32,000 nt of DNA, taken from the NCBI GenBank assembly GCA_964291315.2, contig OZ219753.1, positions 1,462,768-1,494,767 of the forward strand, read 5' to 3'. Shown here piece by piece: positions 7,869 to 15,192 of this stretch. The notes beneath the pieces were generated by a model, which searched no databases, had not been told where the DNA came from, and was given only the letters and a program-made list of their open reading frames with translations. This stretch comes from Candidatus Poribacteria bacterium (GTDB lineage: Bacteria; Poribacteria; WGA-4E; WGA-3G). Each line of letters starts with the position of its first letter. Positions within the stretch are counted from its first letter, which is position 1. Both the position numbers and the translations under genes were made by a program.

Positions 7869-7898
7869 ACTATACCACATCTACCCAGCAAAAACCAA
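7869..7898 (-). promoter_or_regulatory. candidate sigma70-type promoter with extended -10, upstream of the NTase module
   Basis: The minus strand reads TTGGTT (7893-7898), an 18-nt spacer ending in TGG, then TATAGT (7869-7874). This is about 56 nt upstream of the ATG at 7812. It is a pattern match only. Confidence 0.3.
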
Positions 7899-7911
7899 TT
7901 TCGATAACTGA

Positions 7912-9636
7912 CTTTCCACACCCCGGTTTCGCGTTGCGATGAAGCGGTCATTAGTCTGTAACAACCGTTTCCTCGCCGAGCATGTCGATGATTTTTACGG
8001 CTACGCGGGCATCAGGACGCGGAAGCGTTACCCTATATTGCCCCTCAACAAAATCAGACTTTCTCTCCGGCACATCACTCTCAACAATTGTGAAATGCTC
8101 GCCACTGTAGTCTGTGTCAATCAGAACGCAATCAATCTGTGCCCGAAAGTCGCCCAGCTGTTCGTCAAAGACAGTGCGGTCTAGCTCCATCCGTGCCAAG
8201 ATGCTCGGACTTAGATAATCTGAAAGCGTAATCTTGACGATGAGCCCCACTCTTTCAAAGCTAACCTCTGCTTCAGCGGGGGCATACGTCGTGATACCTT
8301 CGCGTTGAATATCACGAACAATGAGCTTGTTAATCGGACGATGCCGGTTGGCTCTATCAAGTTCTGCTTGTATGCCGACTTCACTGCCGTTGCACAAGAC
8401 TGTGATGTTGCGGGTCTCGTCTGGCGAGTTTCGGAGTTCATCTTTGATGAGCTGGATATCCAAGCGTGTGAGCGGTTTTCCGAGATCAGCGATTTTGACG
8501 AGCGTGCCATCCAGGGTGCCATCAAAGAAGGCGGCTTTGCGGTCGGTTTGCACGCCGTATTTAGCGATGAGGATCTGTTTAAGTTCGTGCTGGGTCTGAA
8601 AATTGTAGTTATTGATGCGGTAGTGTGCGATGCCGCGGGTTTGGTGGCTGCTGTTTTGTATGCGCTTGAGAGTTGTCTGTATGGCGCCTTTATTGAGGTC
8701 AGCGGCGATCCAGCGTCTGCCGAGTTTGTCGGCTACAGCGGGGGTTGTGCCGCTGCCGACAAAGCAGTCGAGAACAATGGAATCTTGGTTACTCGATGCT
8801 TTGAGGATACGGAAAAGAAGGTTTTCGTTTTTCTGAGTGTCAAATCCAGTTTTTTCTGAACTGAAACTCATAATTTGAATAGAGTCCATTCGGTCTATAT
8901 CACTGCAATTCCAGGTATCTTCTATCGGATATCCCGCACCCTTGGGTCTACTGCCATCTCGTCGAACATAATCATCTGCATAAGGGATATACTCCTTGTT
9001 GAAAATAAAGTTGTCCTTATTTTTTGTATAAAAGTAAATGGTATCATGGTTCCTAATCCAATTTTTGGCTTTTGTCTTATAACCTGAGATCCATCCGATA
9101 CGCCAGATGATTTCGCGTTGAAAATTATCTGAGCCAAACACCTCATCAAGAGCAAGACGGAGGTGGTGACTTTTATGCCAGTCACAATGCAGATAGAGAC
9201 TCCCTTTTTCGCTGAGGAGTTCACGCATCAAGAGGAGTCTTTCATACATAAATTGGAGGTAGTTGTCATTTGCCCAGATGTCGGTGTATTGTGTCTGCTC
9301 AATAACAGTGTGGCCTTCACCTTCTAAGTTCCTCTGTCCGCCGCGTAGTTTCACCCTTCGCACGTAATCCGCGCCACTGTCAAATGGAGGGTCGATATAA
9401 ATAAGGTCTATCTTCCCACGGAAACCCTGCACAAGAAGTGTGGAGAGGATCTCCTTGTTATCTCCGTGAAAAATCAGGTTGGGGCCTTCCAAAAATTTAT
9501 CGTAAGTCGGCTCTTTCTCTGGATTTTCAACGTTATAGGTTTCTATGAGTTGTGCGGGATAGGCGTTGACTGTGTCGATAGGGCGTTTGCCGACCCAGTG
9601 CAGCATCGCTCTCCCTTTAACAGGGTTAATTTTCAT
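7912..9636 (-). repeat. copy B of the mosaic direct duplication (mod)
   Basis: See copy A. Homology continues 39 nt past the mod2 stop codon, so 7912-7950 aligns with coding sequence of mod1. Confidence 0.9.
7951..9636 (-). CDS. mod: site-specific DNA methyltransferase, beta-class N6/N4 (type III Mod-like), paralog 2 with a different central cassette
   Basis: IYIDPPF and LDCFVGSGTT are conserved. The central ~130 aa differ from paralog 1 (IIWRIGWISGYKTKAKNW..., GFDTQKNENLLFRIL). An AAGGAG RBS is present. The stop TAA at 7951-7953 corresponds to CAA in paralog 1. Confidence 0.85.
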   Translation of the reverse strand: MKINPVKGRAMLHWVGKRPIDTVNAYPAQLIETYNVENPEKEPTYDKFLEGPNLIFHGDNKEILSTLLVQGFRGKIDLIYIDPPFDSGADYVRRVKLRGGQRNLEGEGHTVIEQTQYTDIWANDNYLQFMYERLLLMRELLSEKGSLYLHCDWHKSHHLRLALDEVFGSDNFQREIIWRIGWISGYKTKAKNWIRNHDTIYFYTKNKDNFIFNKEYIPYADDYVRRDGSRPKGAGYPIEDTWNCSDIDRMDSIQIMSFSSEKTGFDTQKNENLLFRILKASSNQDSIVLDCFVGSGTTPAVADKLGRRWIAADLNKGAIQTTLKRIQNSSHQTRGIAHYRINNYNFQTQHELKQILIAKYGVQTDRKAAFFDGTLDGTLVKIADLGKPLTRLDIQLIKDELRNSPDETRNITVLCNGSEVGIQAELDRANRHRPINKLIVRDIQREGITTYAPAEAEVSFERVGLIVKITLSDYLSPSILARMELDRTVFDEQLGDFRAQIDCVLIDTDYSGEHFTIVESDVPERKSDFVEGQYRVTLPRPDARVAVKIIDMLGEETVVTD

Positions 9637-9738
9637 GGCGAGTACTCCTTGAAACTACACCGACCCTGATAACCCGGACGCTTAATGCGATATAGTCTCT
9701 TAGAAATGAGACAGGAAATCTCGGTTAAGTGAGCATTC

Positions 9739-12402
9739 CTACGAGACTTTTACGTTCGTGTTATCATCACGAATCCATGCCAAGACTTTTTGGACGTCCG
9801 GGACATTCTCCTTCATGAATTCTGTATCCGTATAGATGATATGGTATTTGAAACGCTCATTAGATTGCAGCTGCCCTAAGCGTTCTACTGCCTTCTTTTT
9901 TGCTTCTACGCTTGGGTTCATGCGGTCCCTCTCAGACTTTATTTCCACGATATAGAATTCGCCGGTGCTTTTGACAATCACAAAATCCGGAAAATAGCGA
10001 TGATAATTACCGTCATCACCTTTGTATTCAAAGTGGAAATCGGTTTTTTTAGCGTCTGTCAAGCCCCCAGTAAATAGGAATATCTCTACATCTTCTATTG
10101 CGGTATTTAGTGATGCCAAGACAGTCTCAAAAAACTCTCGCTCGGGTTTGGTATCGAAGTTGTAAGGTGTATAGTGAAAACTAAGATTGCGTTGATCAAG
10201 CAAGACATCCGGATTGAACAGCAGCCTGTCGGTTCTCATCCGTTCGAGGTTTCTCTTTTGGATACGTAATCGGTGGATGTAGTCCCCGCGGTCATTTTTT
10301 TCAAAAAGAGGGCTCCCCTCGTCATCGTGCGTATGAATTAGCGCCAGCACTTCAGATACCTCCTCTTCAATCACGCTATAATTTTGTACCTGCCTTTCCA
10401 CTTGTTGGAACAGTGGATAGAGATGTGTGTTCGGAACTTCGGCTTCAGGATAGAGCCCTTTGAGTTTTTTGAGGGTCTGCATAAAAGGTAGGTGGTAGTT
10501 TGCGCTGATGCGTCTTGCCAACGCGTAGCAATCCGTTGTCCGGTGGACCGTCTCAACCGTGTCTGACTCGCCGATGCCAGCGAGAGGAGAGGTACCGCCC
10601 GTTCGCGTGAAACTCGGGGTCAGTAAGTTGCGAATAATCGGGGGCGGTTCTTGCACGTCGGTAGGAATGCTCAACTGGATCTCTGTGGAGGCATCTTCAT
10701 TCCGTACAACACGAGACACAAACCGAGAAATTTCTAGTTTCGGCAATGCCGTTTTACGAATACAGACCTCTATTTCTTCAGTTGCGGCGGTATGCCTGCT
10801 CAGGCTACCGAGGGTTGTACCGAAGTTTTCTTCTAATTCTTTATCTAGAATGGATCTGTTCTTTGTGTCCAAAAAGATTTTAGCAGGGAGCTTGTTGCCT
10901 TCCACCTGACGCAGACACCGCGTTGAGGCTTGTAGAACAAAGTTACTACTTGTTGTCTGTTCTTTTATCAAGGCACAGGCAAAGAGACTCGGACAATTCC
11001 AGCCCTCCACGCCTTTACCGATAAGCAATAGCACACGCTTTTGACTGTCAGGATTGTTAAGTAGGTTGAACTCGTCAATCTCCGATTGACTCGATTTTTG
11101 TGTATTGACAAGTATCTGCGCTGGGCTTTCCCCGATTTTTGCCAGAGCGTTTTCAATATGCAGTTGAGAAGTTTCTAAGTGTTCTTGAGTCTTGAAGTAG
11201 AACGCAATTTTTGCTTTTGCACCGTCGGAAAGTGTTACATCTCCGTAGTGCTCAAAAAATAGGTCTATCACGTTTTGAATAACTTCTTCCTCAGCACCAC
11301 TTCCAATATGGTAGTGAACTATCCCATGGTGAAGACTTTTAAGGATATTGTCCTTTATCCCCTCCGCAAGACTATACCATGCAACGACTTCGCGGAGCAT
11401 CTGCCGCTTATAGTATGGCGTGCCGGTGGTGTTGATAACAGCAATCACGCCTTTCTTCTCTTTGATGTAGTTAACCGTTTCACGTACCCGTTTGAGTTCC
11501 TTGTCCATCCTATTGCCGTAGGTATGGTGTGCCTCGTCCGAGAAAACCCCCAAATTCGGCAGGCTGGCGATTTTTTGGAGACGGAGGTTCGCCTCTAACG
11601 TTGCCTGTTTCTCTTTTTCGGCAAATTCCAATTCCGTTTGATTCGCGCGTCTCCTCACTTTCGACCGAAGAGCGATTTTCTCGGTGTTTGTGATAATAAC
11701 GTTGTAGGTGCTACCGGTTTGAACTTGGATTTCTTTCGCACCTGATTGCGGATAGGTGATTTTAAGGTTGGCGAGAAAGGCACGATGCAGACTAGCAGGC
11801 AGAACCTGATCAAACGGGATCTCGCTAATTTCGCGTAGACTCTCAATAATGGTTGTCCCTGGAGCAAAGACGAGGGCATTCCTCATAAATTCTCCATCCG
11901 GATAGCGCAGACCCATCGCGAATTCGGTCGCAATAATTGTGCCGATAAGCACTGTCTTGCCGGTGCCCATGGCGAGCGCAAAAATATAGCTTGGGTAAGG
12001 AAGCATTACTGCTTCGTGAACGGGATCAATCCGCTTTTGCCTGACGAATGCGGGGTCTTTTTTTATTTTTTCAATAACATCATCCACATTTTGGATCCAT
12101 TGGAGCTCGTTTGGATCCAGTGGAATGCCGAGCGCTTCAAAGAAATCCCGTTTATCCTCGCCGTAATAGTGTTTGTAGAGATCAACAATGTGTGGCGTTT
12201 TTCTCACGAGTCTCAGGAACCAATAGAGTTCCAGCGATTCGAATTGGGGGTGCCGGAGGTATTTGGGAGAAATTCGCTCTTGCGGCTCGCCCTCAAATTG
12301 ATAACGTAGTATCTCGCCGATGAGCGGGTAGTCTGGACAAGGGTATCCTTCGTCGCGCCAGCTTAGTCTGTTTTCGCGGAGTTTTTCAAAAAGGTATTGC
12401 AT
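9739..12402 (-). CDS. res: type III restriction enzyme Res-like subunit (SF2 DEAH helicase with C-terminal PD-(D/E)xK nuclease)
   Basis: Walker A is ALAMGTGKTV, motif II is VFSDEAHH and motif III is NTTGTPY. The C-terminal nuclease motif is YFPDFVIV...FYIVEIKS. Confidence 0.85.
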   Translation of the reverse strand: MQYLFEKLRENRLSWRDEGYPCPDYPLIGEILRYQFEGEPQERISPKYLRHPQFESLELYWFLRLVRKTPHIVDLYKHYYGEDKRDFFEALGIPLDPNELQWIQNVDDVIEKIKKDPAFVRQKRIDPVHEAVMLPYPSYIFALAMGTGKTVLIGTIIATEFAMGLRYPDGEFMRNALVFAPGTTIIESLREISEIPFDQVLPASLHRAFLANLKITYPQSGAKEIQVQTGSTYNVIITNTEKIALRSKVRRRANQTELEFAEKEKQATLEANLRLQKIASLPNLGVFSDEAHHTYGNRMDKELKRVRETVNYIKEKKGVIAVINTTGTPYYKRQMLREVVAWYSLAEGIKDNILKSLHHGIVHYHIGSGAEEEVIQNVIDLFFEHYGDVTLSDGAKAKIAFYFKTQEHLETSQLHIENALAKIGESPAQILVNTQKSSQSEIDEFNLLNNPDSQKRVLLLIGKGVEGWNCPSLFACALIKEQTTSSNFVLQASTRCLRQVEGNKLPAKIFLDTKNRSILDKELEENFGTTLGSLSRHTAATEEIEVCIRKTALPKLEISRFVSRVVRNEDASTEIQLSIPTDVQEPPPIIRNLLTPSFTRTGGTSPLAGIGESDTVETVHRTTDCYALARRISANYHLPFMQTLKKLKGLYPEAEVPNTHLYPLFQQVERQVQNYSVIEEEVSEVLALIHTHDDEGSPLFEKNDRGDYIHRLRIQKRNLERMRTDRLLFNPDVLLDQRNLSFHYTPYNFDTKPEREFFETVLASLNTAIEDVEIFLFTGGLTDAKKTDFHFEYKGDDGNYHRYFPDFVIVKSTGEFYIVEIKSERDRMNPSVEAKKKAVERLGQLQSNERFKYHIIYTDTEFMKENVPDVQKVLAWIRDDNTNVKVS

Positions 12403-12439
12403 TAAGCCTGTTTCCTAGTGGCGAATAATTGTTAAGAAC

Positions 12440-12763
12440 CTAAATCGAAAAGGGTTCGATAAGATTTCTGCGAAATTGTGCGAGATCTTCCGCGCCTCTA
12501 GTAGGCAGCATGTCCAAATCCCGACTATCTATAAGAATAATAGCACTCTTAAGCAAAAGATTCAATAGAAAAGCATCGGGGCACCGGAGCCATTCTGTTA
12601 TGGTTTTAACGATCTCTCGGAAATTGTTCAGAACAGTGAGGCGCGTGAAACCGAAAACTTGGGCGACACGGTCGGCGATGAATCGCACCGCTACAAGTAC
12701 CCTGAGATTTTCTGCGTCCAATGTCTTATTTTGTGGTATACTATTTGCAGAGACGAAAAGCAT
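12440..12763 (-). CDS. hypothetical small protein with a possible helix-turn-helix, upstream of res
   Basis: 107-aa ORF. The segment DRVAQVFGFTRLTVLNNFRE resembles an HTH. The antisense ORF (12510..12782, +) is Arg/Ser-rich and looks non-coding. No clear RBS is present and I recognise no family. Confidence 0.3.
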   Translation of the reverse strand: MLFVSANSIPQNKTLDAENLRVLVAVRFIADRVAQVFGFTRLTVLNNFREIVKTITEWLRCPDAFLLNLLLKSAIILIDSRDLDMLPTRGAEDLAQFRRNLIEPFSI

Positions 12764-12797
12764 TCGGCTGTTTGCGGTTTAATTTAGAGGAGGTTAT

Positions 12798-13772
12798 ATG
12801 AGCACACCCTCAGAAAGAAAGTGGGATGGATCAATTGTCCGGTATCCTGATCCGGCCATAGAAGTATTAGATCCTCGTTTTAAAAAATATACAATCGGTA
12901 ATTCCGTTGTCGAACGCTTGTGGACAGGATCGCGGTGGGCAGAGGGGCCTGCCTGGTTCGGCGATGGCGGCTATTTGCTCTGGAGCGACATTCCTAACAA
13001 TCGGATTCTAAAATGGGAGGAGTCGACAGGCGAGGTGAGCATCTATCGCGAACCCTCTAACTATAGCAATGGACATACCCGAGATCGACAGGGAAGACTT
13101 ATCAGTTGTGAACACGGGACCCGGCGCGTCACACGCACTGAATATGACGGAACAATTACTGTGGTGATGGACAGCTTTGAAGGTAAACGACTTAATGCCC
13201 CTAACGATGTGGCCGTTCATCCGGACGGACATATCTGGTTTACTGATCCAGGCTACGGCATTATGCTCAACTATGAAGGACAAGTTGCCGAATTTGAATT
13301 GCCCACCTGCGTTTATCGACTCAACCCAGATACCGGGAAGGCAACCATCGTCACCGACGAACTCGAAAAACCGAACGGTATCTGCTTTTCGCCTGACTAT
13401 GAGAAACTTTATCTCGTTGATACCGGCGCAACGCACAAAGACGGAACGCCGCGCCACCTCTTTGTCTACGACGTAATAGACGGTGAACGGTTAGGCAAAC
13501 AAGAGGTTTTTTGTGATACCGCCCCCGGTATTGCTGATGGAATTCGATGCGATGTTGACGGGAACTTGTGGGCAAGCGCGGGGTGGGCTGGCGACGGCTA
13601 CGATGGTGTACACGTCTTTGCACGCGATGGAATACGAATCGGGCAGATCCATCTTCCTGAAATTTGCGCGAATCTCTGCTTCGGCGGTGTGAAACGGAAT
13701 AGACTGTTTATGATGGGGAGTCAGTCTCTCTACTCGGTTTATGTAGAGGCACAAGGGGTTCCCTATTTTTAG
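12798..13772 (+). CDS. SMP-30/gluconolactonase/LRE family protein
   Basis: Typical beta-propeller motifs are present (AEGPAW..., LNAPNDVAVHPDGHIWFTDPGYG, PNGICFSPD, DGIRCDVDGNLW). A GGAGG RBS lies at 12788-12792. Confidence 0.85.
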   Translation: MSTPSERKWDGSIVRYPDPAIEVLDPRFKKYTIGNSVVERLWTGSRWAEGPAWFGDGGYLLWSDIPNNRILKWEESTGEVSIYREPSNYSNGHTRDRQGRLISCEHGTRRVTRTEYDGTITVVMDSFEGKRLNAPNDVAVHPDGHIWFTDPGYGIMLNYEGQVAEFELPTCVYRLNPDTGKATIVTDELEKPNGICFSPDYEKLYLVDTGATHKDGTPRHLFVYDVIDGERLGKQEVFCDTAPGIADGIRCDVDGNLWASAGWAGDGYDGVHVFARDGIRIGQIHLPEICANLCFGGVKRNRLFMMGSQSLYSVYVEAQGVPYF

Positions 13773-13783
13773 CTACATAAATA

Positions 13784-14596
13784 ATGGATACCTTAGAACA
13801 TATAAACTGCCCTATTTGTGAACAAGATAAGACGGAGCCGCTTTTTGATAAAGATTCTCTGTCCGTGGTTACGTGCCAGAAGTGTCAGCTACGATATGTC
13901 AACCCGCGGGTCAAACAACGAGTGCTTGAGAAGAGTTACATTGAGACCTACTATCCGCCCGATAAAATGGAACGTATCCATACAGACAGCATGGAATGGT
14001 TGCAGATGATGGAGCGGCTCATGGAATTGGAGAAACGATGTAAAAACAACGGAAAATTGTTGGATGTCGGCTGCGGCATCGGCACCTTCCTCCACCTCGC
14101 ACGCCGGCGCGGTTGGCAACCGTATGGCGTTGACCCGTCTAAGAGTGGTGTCACTTTCGCGCAAAAGATACATAAATTGGATGTGAAATGTGGAGAGGTT
14201 TTTGACGCGAATTTTCCAACCGCACATTTCGACGCAATTACGCTTTACCATGTGTTAGAACACATCTCGGACTTAAATCTGCTGCTTGACGAGTTACGCC
14301 GGGTTCTCAAGCCACAGACAGGCGTGCTTGTCATTGAAGTACCGAACGGTGGAAGTCTCCAAAGTTATCTCCAGAAAGCAGATTGGCCCTACGTTCATCC
14401 GCGTGACCATCTCTACTATTTCTCAGCACGTTCCTTGCCGCAGTTGCTGCAAAAACACCGTTTTCACCGCATTAGATTAGGCATACCAAAGCGCGTGAGC
14501 CCAACCCCGGGTCTCCGTTTTAAGATCCGGCAAGCGGCGACATCCGCCTTAGTCCGACTCCATTTAGGAACAGTGATTCGCGTCTATGCAAGTTAG
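13784..14596 (+). CDS. class I SAM-dependent methyltransferase with N-terminal zinc ribbon
   Basis: Two CxxC pairs are present (CPICEQ...CQKCQ). The SAM motif I is LLDVGCGIGTF. The downstream motif is LKPQTGVLVIEVPN. Confidence 0.85.
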   Translation: MDTLEHINCPICEQDKTEPLFDKDSLSVVTCQKCQLRYVNPRVKQRVLEKSYIETYYPPDKMERIHTDSMEWLQMMERLMELEKRCKNNGKLLDVGCGIGTFLHLARRRGWQPYGVDPSKSGVTFAQKIHKLDVKCGEVFDANFPTAHFDAITLYHVLEHISDLNLLLDELRRVLKPQTGVLVIEVPNGGSLQSYLQKADWPYVHPRDHLYYFSARSLPQLLQKHRFHRIRLGIPKRVSPTPGLRFKIRQAATSALVRLHLGTVIRVYAS

Positions 14597-14599
14597 TAG

Positions 14600-15073
14600 C
14601 TATCCCTTAGTCTCTGGTTCTTGGTAAGAGAACGTTTGGATGACATCGTTCATCAGAAGCCGGCGCGCAATCGTTTCAAGTAATTCAGCGTTCAGGTTAC
14701 CCGTGAGCCAATACTTATGTCCAGTATGCACCCGTGTGACCCCGATAATGCCCAAGTCTGTGATGCCTTTGACGGCACTATCGCCCACGGCATCGGTGAC
14801 ACCGGGCTTGAATCGCACTTCAAGCGTCCAATCCGTTGTAGAGCCGTTTTGAGGTGTGATAGTATAATCTTGTGTAATCGGATCAGCGAGGAGTTCAGCA
14901 CCAATTCGGTCGATCACTTGCGCATCCAGGGTGCCTTCAATCCAGTAAACTGTGGCTGTTTGCACAGAATCAACACTGCGAATACCGAGATCGGTTATAG
15001 CTTCAAGGATGCCTTGTCCGATGGCATCCGGAACTTCAGGTTTGTAGTAGACTTCAACTTTCCAATTATTCAT
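14600..15073 (-). CDS. tandem PurS-like domain protein
   Basis: Two ~75-aa halves each match the PurS pattern (WKVEVYYKPEVPDAIGQGILEAITDLG...LLADPITQDY and WTLEVRFKPGVTDAVGDSAVKGITDLG...LLMNDVIQTF). The start was moved to the ATG at 15073, because the longer ORF overlaps the divergent gene's upstream region. Confidence 0.55.
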   Translation of the reverse strand: MNNWKVEVYYKPEVPDAIGQGILEAITDLGIRSVDSVQTATVYWIEGTLDAQVIDRIGAELLADPITQDYTITPQNGSTTDWTLEVRFKPGVTDAVGDSAVKGITDLGIIGVTRVHTGHKYWLTGNLNAELLETIARRLLMNDVIQTFSYQEPETKG

Positions 15074-15192
15074 AGGACGTGTTTTACCGGTATTGCTTCC
15101 ATGCATCCGCGGGAAGCGAAATTTCCATATGCCGACTTCCATGCCACTCCGGTGGTTTAGAAACGCATGAACTGTTCGTAGGGAAACGTGAA

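Noticed and set aside
14596-14600. Convergent gene pairs separated by only 3 nt (14596/14600 and 16297/16301), with no room for terminators.
   Set aside because: Tight convergent packing is common in compact genomes. No hairpin overlapping the gene ends was evident, so there is no specific hypothesis.
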